DNA of 63,580 nucleotides, filler included, from Conidiobolus incongruus B7586 (taxonomy: Eukaryota), in the NCBI GenBank assembly GCA_000697335.1. It is 7 parts of 7 records of this genome, joined end to end, with 100 filler letters (N's around TTAATTAATTAA, not from the genome) between each part and the next. Parts side by side here need not be neighbours in the genome. Positions count along the whole stretch, not along the records: positions 1 to 17,632 come from JNEM01006975.1; positions 17,733 to 31,728 come from JNEM01006996.1; 5 more parts are not named here. One strand, 5' to 3'. The notes under the pieces were generated by a model. The model had not been told where the DNA came from. It did not search any database and worked only from the letters and a program-made list of their open reading frames with translations. This document shows, piece after piece, positions 11,389-25,367 of the stretch. The position numbers and the translations under genes are program-made. Positions within the stretch are counted from its first letter, which is position 1, and each line of letters opens with the position of its first letter.

Positions 11389-13714
11389 TTTAGCCTTGCC
11401 AATTTTATTTAGACTTGTATCCTTGGTTATATATTTATAAACTTGATACATTATTAATTTGTTGGTAGCACTTCTAAATTTTAAAATTCAGATTTAGCGC
11501 TTTTGATTCAAAAAAGTCAATTGATTAATTTCAGTTAATTAATATCACTATTTCAAAAGAATATAGAGTTTATGAATATTTATTATTACTTGTTTTAATT
11601 TATGAGTTTAAATATTATTTAATAAATATACTTATTTCAAATTATTTAATCAAATTCTGGTGTTCAAAATTTTTCATTTTGGTAGAAGCCTCAATATAGA
11701 TCAAACACTGAATTATTGAAAATTAGTATAATTGATACACTCAAATATAATGTGTTCTTAATTTAGTTAACAATTATTGATTAATTTTGCCATTTACTAG
11801 ATGATTATTTTTTCTCCAATCATATTAATTTATCAAATATTAATTTATCAAATATTAATTTGAACCTATTAAGTCAAATTTGAATGTTTTAACTATAAAT
11901 CTCACTTTGGATATTTTTGCTTTATTATTTTAACGATAATTACAACTATCAAGATTTTTAACAAAAATAAGATAAAATAAAATTTGAAATATATACTTTT
12001 TGCATTGAATAAATCATTCAAAAACTATGTTTTTTGAGTAATGTAGTCCAACTTGATTTATTGAAAAAATATATTGTAAAATTTGGATCAAGATGACTTA
12101 AATTTTAAATTTTGTAGAAATAATTAATAGTTGATAGTTGATAAAAGCCATCACTACAGTAGATTAATGATTATATTAATAGTTTTATACAGATTACCAA
12201 TTGAACTTAATACTAAATTTGTACGGTTAGATTTCTCCAATAATCAACTTTACATTTCCAATTTCCAATCTTTTCAAATCTTTTATCGGTAATAGACATG
12301 AAATATTTATTTAAAAATATTCATATTGATATTAATTATATTAAACATGACATTCCTTTGATAATAATTGGCTTATATTTTAAGAGCACTGAATTGAAAA
12401 ACTCAACTATTTTGTCCCTTATATTCTTACTTAAATATGATAATTCGTCTAATAAATCATTAATGATATGTTCTTAAAACTGAAATAGTGGCAAAATATC
12501 AAGTGGTTCCAAAATAAGTCTCAAATTATAACCAAACACTATTTTATGAATCATATTAGTTTCAAGGTGATTTTAATACTATAATGAAAAATCATGAACT
12601 ATTTAATGATTCATCATATAATATATTATAACTTTCTGGAGAAATTTTAAAACTAATATAACTGGATTAAATAAAATTAACACAATTCATTAAAATTAAA
12701 TAAAAAACATTTATCAAAATATCATTATATACAAAATATAATTTATCAAATATTCACAAGAGTTGACAAATAATAGCTAGTAACAGAAAGATTACAAAAG
12801 AATATTAGATATTAATTAATTAACTTATAACTAATAAATCTGATATAAAAGATTTATATTATCAGTTCATTTTAAATGTTTATCTAATTAAATCAGTCAA
12901 AATAAAACTAAATAATAATGTCAATATCACTTATATGGCTTAGTAATAATACAATGGCAGTTATCATATATTTATATTAATTTTATTATAATTTCATCAA
13001 ATGATATTAAATTTATTAAAAATTTAGGCCGAAAGTAATTTATAATTTAATTAAAATAAAAAATCAATATAAGGAGGGATATAAGATGAATAAATATATA
13101 TTGTTATTAATATATATCCTACCATGCTTAAGAAGCTTTTAAAAAAGATGAATAATCAATTTAAGTATATAATCTATTATTAAAAAATACAATGAGATTT
13201 TAAGTTAAAAAATCAAAACTATTATAATAAATACAAAAAAATTTAATATTTGAAAAAAATTTTATATAATTAGATAAAAATATTGATAATATTATATTAA
13301 TCTAATTATTACTAGAAAATCTAACTTAAAATAAAAAATAAATTTAGTTTATTAAAACTAATCCTATTAATCAGTTCAAAAAACTCAAATATAAAACCTT
13401 TTACTTTATATAATATTAGCACTATAATTATAACTAAGAATAAAAGAATATTCTTGTTAAGTACTGGTCTTAGTGGTCTTCACTACATCACCCATTAACT
13501 TCACTTAATTTGAGTGCTTGTTATTATGAATATTTTAATAAATTGAAGTATTTGATTCATGCAAAGAAATTTGATGACGTTTCAAATTTTAAAATTCAAT
13601 GTGTAACTTAAAAGATAAACCTTTTAAAAAAATATGTAAATAGGGTATGTAATTATTATTGATATAGAATTATGATATTGGAAAAAGATGATGATCTTAA
13701 TTATAAAAGTGATG

Positions 13715-14613
13715 TTAGATTTTAACAACCTTTTTGCATTTTGTAAAATAAAAATTCAAATTTGCGAACTTACCTTTTGAAACACTATGAATAAATGAAA
13801 AAAACAAATTCATAGGGTGAGTCAAAATAAAATCTTTCATAGATGAGCAAGTGATAATAGTGAATAATTTTGAGAATGTATTAACAATATCGAATCCGTT
13901 AGTCATTATATATAGTGTCAATAACAATAATGCTTTGGATATAATTCGGTTAGATTGATGTAAAGCTAGAGATTTTCATAGTTCATTTTTTTATGTCAAA
14001 CACACTCACTTTGAATGATTGCGATTCGAATATATGGATAAATCTTTATTAATTGGATAAAAGTGATTATTAATCAATAAGAAAATATGGAGATATATCG
14101 AATGGTATCAATATATAGATATACAATAAAAAGCAAGAAGAGTGAAACTATTGTAACTTCAGAAAAAATCAAAATCAATAAATAAGAAATATTTAAACTC
14201 GAATATTATTAAAGATAACTAATGTATATTATTAGGTGAAGTTTAATGGATAAAAGCTCTCTGTTTAGTCTCATTAATCCTACAAATCAAGCTGAGATTT
14301 ACGCACTTCTAATATATAAAATATCATTAGCAGAGTATAATACGAAAGGTTAGAAAAATATATGCTTTCATTGAGGCCATACAACTCAAGTATAAGTTAG
14401 ATAAAAATTCAAATAAAGTCCAATAATATAATACCAACACTAATTTTTATATCGAGATCAATTAAATTTGAAAATATTTTCAAAGAGGATATTGATATTA
14501 TAGAGTTGATTGGTATCCAAATTATTCAAAATATAATGAATACAATTGATACTAGATAATAAATAAATGGTTGGTCGTGGTATACTTGGATATCATCAGT
14601 ATATTTATGGATT
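13715..14613 (-). pseudogene. Pseudogenised tandem paralog of the 7TM receptor
   Basis: Minus strand gives ILYIRSA*ISA*FVGLMRLNR versus the intact ILYIGSTYISAWFVGLMGLER, and LLLTLYIMTNGFDIVNTFSKLFT versus LLTLYLVANGLETFNTYSEIIT. Multiple stops and frameshifts. Confidence 0.85.
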
Positions 14614-16799
14614 GCTACAATACCAAATTATGTTCAATTTTATAAAGTATTTAAAAAAATTTATCACATTGTAATTCTATTAGTAATATTGAGTAAACTA
14701 TCTTGTTATATTTACTAATCACTCAAATACATCAATATTTGTAAATGTGATGAACCTTGATATGGCCATGTAAACATATGAATTACCTTTATTTAATTCT
14801 ATTTAAACTGTAATTCAATAAAATTATTATTTTCAAATATTAATTATTTTGATCTTTTAATATTGATTAAAAATAAGTTTTCAAGTTATAATTAGCTGAA
14901 AATTGGCTTCAGAATATAAGTCTTTAACCCTATATAGCAAATATTGTATTCTACTCCAAATATACATAAGAATAATTTACACTTATATATTTTACATATT
15001 CAGATCTTATCAATTGTAATATATATGATATTGCAACTAATTTTCCAAATTATATGATTAATTCCTAGAAATATTAAAAAAATTATTGATTTTATACTAT
15101 ATTTATTATTATAATTTGAATAATATTAAAATATTAAAATATTAAAAATTCAAAATAGTTTTTGTTAAGTTATTAACGAAATATTTAGTTAATCAGTTAT
15201 TTTACTATTTTTATTATTAGGCATCTGCTTATTAAATATTATTCGGAGAATTGTAAGAATTTAATGTTAATATAATGAGAGGATTCATATTTCTATAAAA
15301 ATATATATTGAATTTGTTTATCATTTTAATAGAGGATATACTTTGGTTACTAATTCTAAGAATTTTGTCTAATTAATTTATCTTAAAATTAATTGAATAT
15401 AATTTGATTTTGAATGTAAAATATGGAGAATTAAGGTAACTCAGAGATTAATAATATGCATAATCCCCTCCAACCAGGACTCAAAAAGTCAACACTTTTT
15501 AAAACTAAAACTTTTATGGTACAATTAATCTATAATATTACTGTAATTTTGATGTATTTTTAATTTGTTTAATTAACATTGTTTAAATTTAGTATTATCT
15601 TGGTTACAAAATAGATACTCGAAATTTCATTTTGAGTCAATCAACTAAGTATTAAATTTATTCTTTTCAATCCGTTATTAAACAGATTAGGATTTAGTCA
15701 AATTATGCTCAAAACTGGAAGGCAAAGTTTATTCATTCAAAGTTGCTTTGTATTTCAAAAATACCTACCTGTTTGGATTTGATTGTAAAGTGTATATCAT
15801 TTCTAATGTAGACTAGCTTCGTTGGTCCATAATCAATCAAAGCCCTTTGTTTTAGATTTTAATCAAACTCTATGTCATACTGAAACAACTAGTTAACCCC
15901 AAGAGTGACAAAGTTAGTAGAAACAACTGGATATTCTGCAACAATTTTTGGATAATAAGTAAACTCTAAAAAACAGAAATTAAATATTTCTTAAATTGAT
16001 ATTATTAGTATTTATCTAACTACAATCTTTATTTACAGATTATATCACAAAGCACAATAGTTACTTTTATGGAAGATAATAATTAATAAATCTAGTCTAG
16101 TTATTCGATCTTTAACAATATATTTGCTATAAAAAATGATTCAAATTTATTTAATTCATATTGGAAAATTCATCAATTTGACTTAACTTTCAACTCTTAA
16201 AAAATAAATCAAGAATATTTAATCATTATTAAGATAATAAATCCATCCAACAAAGTGAATTTGAAAATATAATTATTAAAATATTGATTATATGGGTATT
16301 ATTGAGATATTTTAAAAAGATATTAATTCATTAAGACTAATTTATTGAATGTTGGAATCCAAAATACTTGTAATTCTTTTTAATAATATTAAATTAAAAA
16401 ATTGTATTTAATAAACTATAGTTTACTATATATAAAATATACCAAACAATATAATAAATTAAATTAGTTAATAATATTTATTTCTTTTAAATATTATAGT
16501 TTTTTTTATTTATTTAAAGATGACTAATATTATTGGAGATTTTATTATAATATAAAATTATAAAGTCATATTTTATTTAAGTTTAGAAAATATTATAAAT
16601 TTTCAATTAAAAAATAATTTATCATAATATTATATATTTAAAAAAATGGCAAATTTTTTAATATCAGATTTTTTAAACATATTGCTAATATTGAAAAATT
16701 AATTATCTATAAAATATATAAGATAATTAGTAATTATAAACTATATATATATATTACTTAGAGTTATTTTTTTATTAAAAGATTTTTAAATAAAAATTT

Positions 16800-17630
16800 A
16801 AGGTTAAATTTAATTATATTGAAAATAAATAATAATCATCAAAAGTGTTTTATTTAATATTAATATTAAAATTTAGATATAAAATTATAAAATTATTTAT
16901 GATTTATAAACAACTTATAAAAGAAATAAATTATCTATTACTATCATATATTATTAAATTTGCTATTTTAAAACTAATAAGGATATTATTTAAAATTAAC
17001 TTATATTTAAAAAGACAATTTTTTGCTATTATTTTTTATTTTATTGAATGATAAGATATATTGAGAAATTTCATTTTATTTTGATTAAATAGTTATTTAA
17101 GAAACTTAATATTAAGCATATCAATATATTCTGTATATAAATATTTTATTTGAAATTAATCTTTAAAAATATAAAATAAATACTTAATAACCAAATAAAG
17201 GCTTAAAAAATCTAAACTAGCTATAATTAAACAAAGTATATCAAGATATAATTAAAAGCTTTGTTTTTTATAATAAGTAACCATAGTTATTAAATTTTAA
17301 ATTTTTTTATTTAATTGCTTATTTAAAAATAAAAAATAATATAATTGGTTAAAACAGACTTTATTATAAATTCAAGAAAACAAACCATTTATTAATAAGT
17401 AAATATTAATTATTATAATATATTAAAATATTTTTTGGTTTTTTAATTAGTTTTTAAAAATAAATTCGTTTAAAATAAAATTTATATTATTGAGTAAATA
17501 AAAAAATCTTTAATTTATATGTTTATTATTATTTAAAAATATTAAATAATATACTAAAAATTAATAAAATATATTAAACTAAAAAATAATATTATGCATA
17601 ATATATATATTAGACTATAACCTTTATTAT
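16800..17630 (+). mobile_element. Heavily AT-eroded mariner relic, runs into the gap
   Basis: 17150-17420 'tgaaattaatctttaaaaatataaaataaatacttaataaccaaataaaggcttaaaaaatctaaactagctataattaaacaaag' aligns with 500-590 and 3229-3320. Confidence 0.6.
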
Positions 17631-19387
17631 TANNNNNNNNNNNNNNNNNNNNNNNNNNNNNNNNNNNNNNNNNNNNTTAATTAATTAANNNNNNNNNNNN
17701 NNNNNNNNNNNNNNNNNNNNNNNNNNNNNNNNTATTAAATTATAATCTAATATTAGTTATATTAATTATTAAATAAATATAATATTTATATAAAAAATCA
17801 TTATAGATAAATAAAGAATTTCTTAATTATTTATGAAGCTATATCTTGATTTATTATTATTAAAAGACAATCTACTAAAATTCTTGACATATATTTCATA
17901 TTAATATTTATTGTTCGATATAAATACTAATTTATATAATATGATCTTATATAGAATCATATAATATTTCTCATATTAAGTCTAATATAAATTAAATTAA
18001 ATTCATATAATAAATGAGATTTTTCTCTTTTCTTTCCTATTATAATTAACTACCTTATTGATTGTTTAATTAACAACTTTTTAACTCTTTAATTATAAGA
18101 TTATTCTAATTATTTACTAGTTTAATATATTTCAATTATATATTAAAACTACTTTTTACTTTAATTTAAAAGCTTTCCTTTATTTTATACCTTCCTTTAA
18201 TTATAAAACTATTTCCTATTATTATTATTTTGTACTACTTACATATCTTATTAGTAAAGGTTAAGAGTCAAGAAATATATATATTGGATTAGAAAGAATA
18301 AATTATTATTTTATGTTAAATTTAATGATTAATAATTAGTAATTTTAATAGGAAAAGATTGTTAAAAAGATCCTTGTTATATGAATTTTCTACACAACTA
18401 ATGATAACCAGATCAATGGTGAAATCAGGAACAAAATATTTTGATATCATGAAAACCCATTGATTTGGTAGAAATTGATAGTTTAGTCAGTATGATTATC
18501 AAATACAGAGAATTACATTAATAATTGATTGAAATTGATATTTAGTATAACTTAATTTAAAACGTTGATTATATTAGCTTGTTTTATATGATATAAAATA
18601 ATAAATAATAATATATTAAATATTTATATTGATATTAGAAATATTGATTGACCTAATGTAATATCACAAAATATAAAAACCTTGTGTATAATTAGCTTAA
18701 AATAAGATATATATTAACTTCAAGGCTAATATAAGAAAATTTTCGCAAATCATCAGACTACAAAATAGGAAAATTTCTATGGTGTGCTGATTACTATACA
18801 TATTTTGACAATAATATTCGACAAACATTAAATAAGTTTAACATTGTTGAATATTATTTGTTTTGAATTTTATTCTAAGACCATCTTAAAAATGCAATTA
18901 AAATGATTTGTGCATCAGAATCTTAATATAAATATTTTAATATTGATATAACATTTATTAAAAAATCATTTTTAATTTTGTGATTAATGACATTATGTAA
19001 TGGGTTGGAATTGCAAAATAATATATAAATGTTTGGAAATATAATTAAAAAATTATAAATGAATCATAATCATAATTGATATAAATTCAATATTTGAAAT
19101 ACTTAATCAATATTCTTTTATCTGTGGTACTTGTATGTTATTTTTTTCTAAGTAAAATATTTTTGGTTTAGTTCATTTCTATAAAATTTTAAAAAAAAAT
19201 AACATTGAATAATATCCATAGTTAGAAATTAAGAGATTTCTGTGAAAAATTGATGAGAAAAACTTCATAGATTAAAATTGATTAAGGCTTAATTGATCCA
19301 TTATATTGACCTCGTGAGCCCAGTCAAAAACTCCATCGATGTGACTTAAGTGATTCCTGAGAAGTTTCAAGTTCAATACTAATCATA

Positions 19388-19396
19388 ATGACTCAC
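19388..19396 (+). promoter_or_regulatory. Candidate Gcn4/Cpc1 (AP-1 type) site ATGACTCAC upstream of HOM6
   Basis: Perfect TGACTCA core about 140 nt upstream of an amino-acid biosynthetic gene. Extra TGACTT near-matches at about 19342 and 19450. Confidence 0.5.
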
Positions 19397-19534
19397 TCTA
19401 CCAACCCATAATTATTATCAAATGAATAAATTATAATTTTTGAATGAAATGACTTAAATTTATTATTTTAATTTCAAAAAAATATTTTGTTATTAGCTGA
19501 TATTACAATAATATAACAAATAAATATATACAAT

Positions 19535-20605
19535 ATGATTCAAATTGGATTGATCGGTGTAGGTCTCGTAGGTAAAGCTTTCGTTAAAGAAATTTTCAGA
19601 AGGGACAATCCCTTCCAAACTCAAGCTCCTTTTAAATTGGTCGGGTTGATCAATTCTAGAAAGATGGTGTTTCAAGCCCAAGGTTTAAGTGGGGATGACG
19701 TTCTTAGTCAATTGGAAAGTGGCAGCCATGCTAACCTTGCAGAATTCATTTCGGAATTCGAACGTTTGGAAGGTAACAGAGTGATTGTCGACTGTACTTC
19801 CAATCAAGAAGTCGCTGAGAAGTATCCCGAATGGTTGAGTAAGAAATTCCATATTGTGACTCCCAACAAAAAGCCCTTCTCCAGCGACTTAAAACTCTTC
19901 AAGGATATTTTTGAAACCGCTAAGAAGCACGGAGTTCAAGTCGGTTACGAATCCACAGTCGGTGCTGGATTACCTGTGATACGCACCCTTAACCACCTTG
20001 TCAACAGCGGTGACAAGGTCGACAAGATCGAAGGTATTTTCTCGGGCACTTTATCCCACCTCTTCAACACATACTCCAGTCTTAACAACAAGCAAGCTCA
20101 AAGCTTTGCTCAAATTGTCAAGAAGGCACAGCAAGACGGGTACACTGAACCTGATCCCCGCGACGATTTGAGCGGGATGGACGTTGCCAGAAAACTCGTG
20201 ATTTTAGCTCGTACTGCTGGATGGGATCTCAGCTTAGAGAATGTTCAAATCGACAATTTGGTCCCAGAACCACTCCAAAATGTCGCTACCAGCCAGGAAT
20301 TCCTCGACAGACTCCCCGAATTCGATGGCCACTTCAGTAAATTAAACGAGGAAGCCCTCAGTAAGAACCAAGTACTTAGATACGTCGGTCAGGTCGACTC
20401 CACCGGAACTGCTCAGGTTAAACTCTCTGGCTACGATGCCACCCATCCCTTCGCCTCCCTCACTCTCAATAACAATATCGCAGCCTTCAAAACTGCTCAC
20501 TTCCCCAGCCCTCTCATTATTCAGGGAGCTGGTGCGGGTGATCTCGTCACGGTGTTCGGTATATTAGCTGATTTATTAACTATTTCCAAAATTGTCCAAC
20601 ATTAA
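19535..20605 (+). CDS. HOM6: Homoserine dehydrogenase (monofunctional, fungal type)
   Basis: GxGxVG Rossmann motif, VDCTS, VTPNKK, YESTVGAGLP, GIFSGTLS, GYTEPDPRDDLSGMDVARK and GAGAGDLVT. 356 aa, no introns. Confidence 0.96.
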   Translation: MIQIGLIGVGLVGKAFVKEIFRRDNPFQTQAPFKLVGLINSRKMVFQAQGLSGDDVLSQLESGSHANLAEFISEFERLEGNRVIVDCTSNQEVAEKYPEWLSKKFHIVTPNKKPFSSDLKLFKDIFETAKKHGVQVGYESTVGAGLPVIRTLNHLVNSGDKVDKIEGIFSGTLSHLFNTYSSLNNKQAQSFAQIVKKAQQDGYTEPDPRDDLSGMDVARKLVILARTAGWDLSLENVQIDNLVPEPLQNVATSQEFLDRLPEFDGHFSKLNEEALSKNQVLRYVGQVDSTGTAQVKLSGYDATHPFASLTLNNNIAAFKTAHFPSPLIIQGAGAGDLVTVFGILADLLTISKIVQH

Positions 20606-21028
20606 ATCTTAATTTTTTAATGAAATTAAAATTCACTTATCCAAAATATAATTATGATAATACAATGGAAAATTTAATTCATAATCACATTCAAAATAAT
20701 TAACATATAATTTTTAATTAAAGTTTTATCTATGTATATTTGAATCAATATATGGTGATTATATTGATCATTAACAACAGCAAATGATATAAATTATCAA
20801 AATTTATCAAAAAAAATTCAGAGAATTTTCAATATAAGTTAAATTATTAAATTCATTAATAAATCGCATAAAGTGATCATACTTTGGTAAAAATATACTG
20901 AAAAAATCAAATTTTAATGTTTTAATTCAAATAAAATGTATTCTAATAAAAAAATGAGATAAGGGTAAAATTATGCAATTTAAATGTATGTGAAAAAGGT
21001 GTGAGAACGATGGGATGGTATATAGATA

Positions 21029-21102
21029 TGATCTCGCTCAGATTCGAACTGAGGACCGTCTGTGTGTTAGACAGACGTGATAACCAACTACACCACGAGA
21101 TC
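21029..21102 (-). tRNA. tRNA-Val(AAC)
   Basis: GATCTCG...CGAGATC-A acceptor stem, anticodon arm TCTGT-CTAACAC-ACAGA, T-loop TTCGAAT. Confidence 0.95.
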
Positions 21103-21899
21103 TCATTGATGCAGTAACAGATCTTACCCTATTTCTCCTAAGTCTCATAACATTCTACTAATAGAATCATATCACACCCCCATGACTCTATCTAAATTTT
21201 GGTATTACTGTATAAATACCAACTTTGGTACAATAATTAATGTTTGGCTTGTTATTGTGTGGAATATTTACAATAAACCTTATACTTATTATTGACATAT
21301 TTCAGTTTATTAGTAGTCTACCTACCAATGTACAGTACAGTTCTAGTTGTGCAGCTTATGGATTGGTTACAACTCCCAGTAGATCATGATTTCAGTGATA
21401 ATGTCACTGAGAGCTGTGACAAATGCTTTCCAATAATGTTACACATAATTAAATTTCATCATATCAGATTATTTGAATTCGTATTTTTCTTTAGAATTAA
21501 TTATTAGAAAATTTTTTTATCTTATTATATAATTTTTTTTAATTTTTTCATCATTCATTTCCTCATTTATTTTATTTTTACTTATTTAAAATAATTCACT
21601 TTTATTTTCTAATTATTATCATATAATCCTTGAGAAAATAAATTTTGTGATTTTATTATCAAATTAATCTCTGCATCATTATAAAAAAATCAATCAATAA
21701 TAATTCAATCATTGTCAAATTTAATTAAAATTGAATTATCAATGTTTTTTTTAAAAATGAACTCGTTGCTATATAAATTCAAAACTGAAATTAAATCAAT
21801 TGATATGAATGGTTGGAATTTTCGTTGAGTGAGTTATGATAATTTAATTGGTTTAATTGATTTATCACATTCTCAAATTCGTTTATTGTTACCAAAAAC

Positions 21900-23530
21900 T
21901 TTTGCATCTGTATCTTCTCCAAAAGATTAGCTTCTTCCCTTGAATATTCCGCCTCATCCTTCTAGGAGAGACAACCATAGAAATACAGTGTAAAATGATC
22001 GAAGTTATGTTGCGATTACGTTAAAATATCACAATTATCCTGAAAGGTAGCAGCTAAATAAACAATTACATTTTCAATTTGTCAAAGATAGCTTACAGGA
22101 GGAGATACATGTGGAAGTGGAAGAGCAGAGAGACGAGGTGTCAATATTCTGTAACATAGCCCAAAGATCTGAAGTAGATCTCGTCAATGGGATGGTGGTG
22201 AGGTTGGTCAATCGGTTCTAACCAAAGGGGGTAGCGCGTTGTCGAGTTACGTGGAAATGTTTGGGTAGTGCACTGATTGCAAAGAGCCAGTTTGGCATGG
22301 TGTCGAACAGTGTATCCTTGTTGAATTCATATCAATCCAACCGCCAGTAGTTTTTACGGAAATATTGATGCATGTTGCAGTTGATCCCGAAGCACTGGAG
22401 CCACAAGTTGGCATCATGTGATGTCGTGGATAGTATGGTGAATATCAAACCCACTAACGATGCCAACTGGTCGATACTGAAAGAGTTGGACATATGTATC
22501 TATCCAACAGAGAGGACGAATTCGCGCTCGTCTCTTGAGCATAGTATTATGAATATGTAGATATCGTAGCTTTTCGTCTTTAAGGTAATCTTTCCAACAA
22601 ATTTGCCTGGCTTTGTGGGTACAAACCATTAATATTCGTGGGTTCGAGGGCCTGTAATTTCTAACTTATAATCGTCATGATACTCCACAAGCTTCTCAAA
22701 CCACTTTAGACAAACATCTCTGAAATGTTGTTCAAAATTGTAGGACTTATGCTTCATCAAAGTATCGTCAATGAAGTTGAGTCTTGGAGAAATCTTCAAA
22801 TTCTTATGATAGCACAACTAATAATCCTAATATACAATTCTAGGGACTGTCGGAAACATATTCAATAGATAGTTGAATAACAATTTGACACAGTTTGTAA
22901 AATTCAAATGTAGATGGGGACATTGGACATCCGCCTAAAACCAGCTTTTCTTTTCAGTATTAGCATTACAGAAATGCATAGCAATTTTCAAATGCTCATG
23001 GACCAAAGGATCCACCAATCTCATCCTGTAGATCCCGAACAGATGGTTAAAGGACGACACCTGAAACTTCCTGGGATGACGAATTGCTAATAGTTTTGAT
23101 TTCCGATGATTTGACCGCCCTTTACCACCATCGGGTACCAGTACTTTTCCCCAAATGTATTATTCACTTGGTAAACCCACTCTACCAATTCTATTCTTTT
23201 GTCGTATATCAAATAGAATGACGTTGGGTTAAAGGAGTACCAAATCACTTAAAGTGTAGGAGCTAGCAACTTCCTTTCAATTTTAAATGTATTCAAATCC
23301 GTTACAGTTTCAATCAAATGGAGAAACTTTTCGCATAATGTTAAGTAACTGCTACTCAAATAATCAGGCTCCCTAATGGTTAGAATCTCCGAGTCGTTGT
23401 TGTTAAAATAGCTGTCCTGGTATGAAGTAGTGATCGTAATTGGATTCAGTGTTCAATATGTCAATACCTATATCAATTAAAGAATGTTCGAATCTTTTTC
23501 TAAAGGAGAGTTACTTTTTTGAAAAGCTTT
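21900..23530 (-). pseudogene. GC-richer disrupted coding-like segment of unknown family
   Basis: Composition resembles the coding islands. Consecutive minus-strand protein-like fragments (FYLIYDKRIELVEWVYQVNNTFGEKYWYPMVVKGG; HFRDVCLKWFEKLVEYHDDYKLEI; PIDEIYFRSLGYV) are broken by stops and frameshifts. Strand is inferred. Confidence 0.45.
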
Positions 23531-24678
23531 GATGTAATATAGTTAGGATGGTCAATATACTAATTTTTAACTGTTACTATATATATTTTTGGTCATTTTT
23601 TATTTTAATATTTTATAATTAATTTATTGATTTATTGATTTATTATTGGTTGAATGTTATATTAATTGTTATTCTTTACTCTTAATTTTAAATTAAATAG
23701 CTAAAATTCTGTCCAATATTTATCAGATGAACCAACTTGATAGATCAATCAATTGTCTGTTATGAGTTGATAGATGGTATCGTGAATCTTGAAAGCACAT
23801 ATTAATGTTAGAGACTTATCAAACCAGTAATTTTCACAATATACTCAAAGATTTCACTGAATAAAAATAGAATGAATTTATTTGAAATTGATTTATATTA
23901 AGTGACCAAAAAATGTTGATCGTGGATGCAAAATTAAAATAAAACAAAAAAATGATGAAATCAATAAATATTTGATATTTGAAAATATAAAATTTCAAAA
24001 GTTATTCAAATAACAATTAATTAAGAAATCAATTGACAATCAATTCTAAAATCAAGTTTAATAATTATATGATATAATATTAAAACAATAATCATAGAAG
24101 ATCTAAAATAGATTAATAATATTTACAAAATAAAAAAAGTACTATAATTTTATCAATAATGTTACTGTTAATTTTACAATTCAAACAATAAACTTTTTCT
24201 GTTACTCAATCTATATTAGCAATTCAAAATGTTTCAATAATTCAATATTTTAATAAATAATTGAATGAATATTTCCAGTAATTATATTTCAATAAAAGAT
24301 TATCAATTAGTGATATATCTTACATAAATAAATATGTATATAATTATTCTAAATAAATTGAAAAGTTAATTTTAAAAAACAATATTTTTAACTTTAAATG
24401 TATGAAATATGTTATGTTCTATTATAATGGATATAATTCAAATATTGCATAACTTAAATACATGCTTCAATATTATAATTTATGTATATAAGGAAAAGAA
24501 TAAACTAATCATCATGACAAAATTTAATTGGAATAAAAAATGTGAATAAAAATATTTAAAAAAAGATGATATTAATAAGATATCCGAATTATTAAAAGTG
24601 AGTAAAAAAATTATTAATTCAATGAGGAAAAAAAATTGTTTAAGAAAAGATAATTTAAAAATAAAATATTTCCACATT

Positions 24679-24749
24679 TGCCGTTGCGCGGAATCGAACC
24701 GCGGTCTGAGCGGCCACAACGCTTCGTACTACCACTATACTACAACGGC
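24679..24749 (-). tRNA. tRNA-His(GTG)
   Basis: GCCGTTG...CAACGGC-A acceptor stem, anticodon loop TTGTGGC, T-arm CGCGG-TTCGATT-CCGCG. Confidence 0.95.
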
Positions 24750-25367
24750 TTAGAAACTTGAGATTTTATGTACAATTAAAATCTAACACCAACTTTCATC
24801 TTCAACATTTAATAAATTCAATTTTTTTAAAATTCACTTGTTTTAAACTTCAATTTACACTTTTTCATTATAATTTTAATAATTTTTCAATTTCAAATCC
24901 TCTTTGAAATTTTTAAATTCTCTATAAAACAATTCATTTCTATATATCTCTAAAATTCTCTAAAAAAATAATTAAGAATTTTATGAACTATTATTTAATA
25001 TAGTTAATTAATTAAATACAACTCAATTTTTTTTCAATGTTGGCAATGATTTTAAAATAATTTTTTAATCAATCGTAATAGGATTATAAACTTGAATGAG
25101 ATAATATTAAAATCAATTATAAGCTAATTACTTGATAAAGTAATGATATTGATATTGGGCATATATTATAAATTCATCGATTATTTATGATTGTTATTCA
25201 GAACTGAATCTATTCAATTTAGTCACAAAAATACTTGGATACATAACTATATTTGAATGATAACAAAAAATGAATCAAAATAGTATATTGAAAAATTGAT
25301 AATGAGATCACTGTTTTAGAATAAATTAATTAATCACTAAGAATGCGAACAATTTAAAAAACTTGGG

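Noticed and set aside
17634..17732. TTAATTAATTAA palindrome centred in N-runs (also at about 31.8, 38.5, 48.9, 55.7 and 62.06 kb)
   Set aside because: Identical in every gap and gives stops in all frames, so it is an assembly spacer rather than biology.
19535..20605. Possible bacterial horizontal origin of intronless, GC-richer HOM6
   Set aside because: Motifs and length match fungal Hom6, and codon bias resembles other host genes such as MET22.
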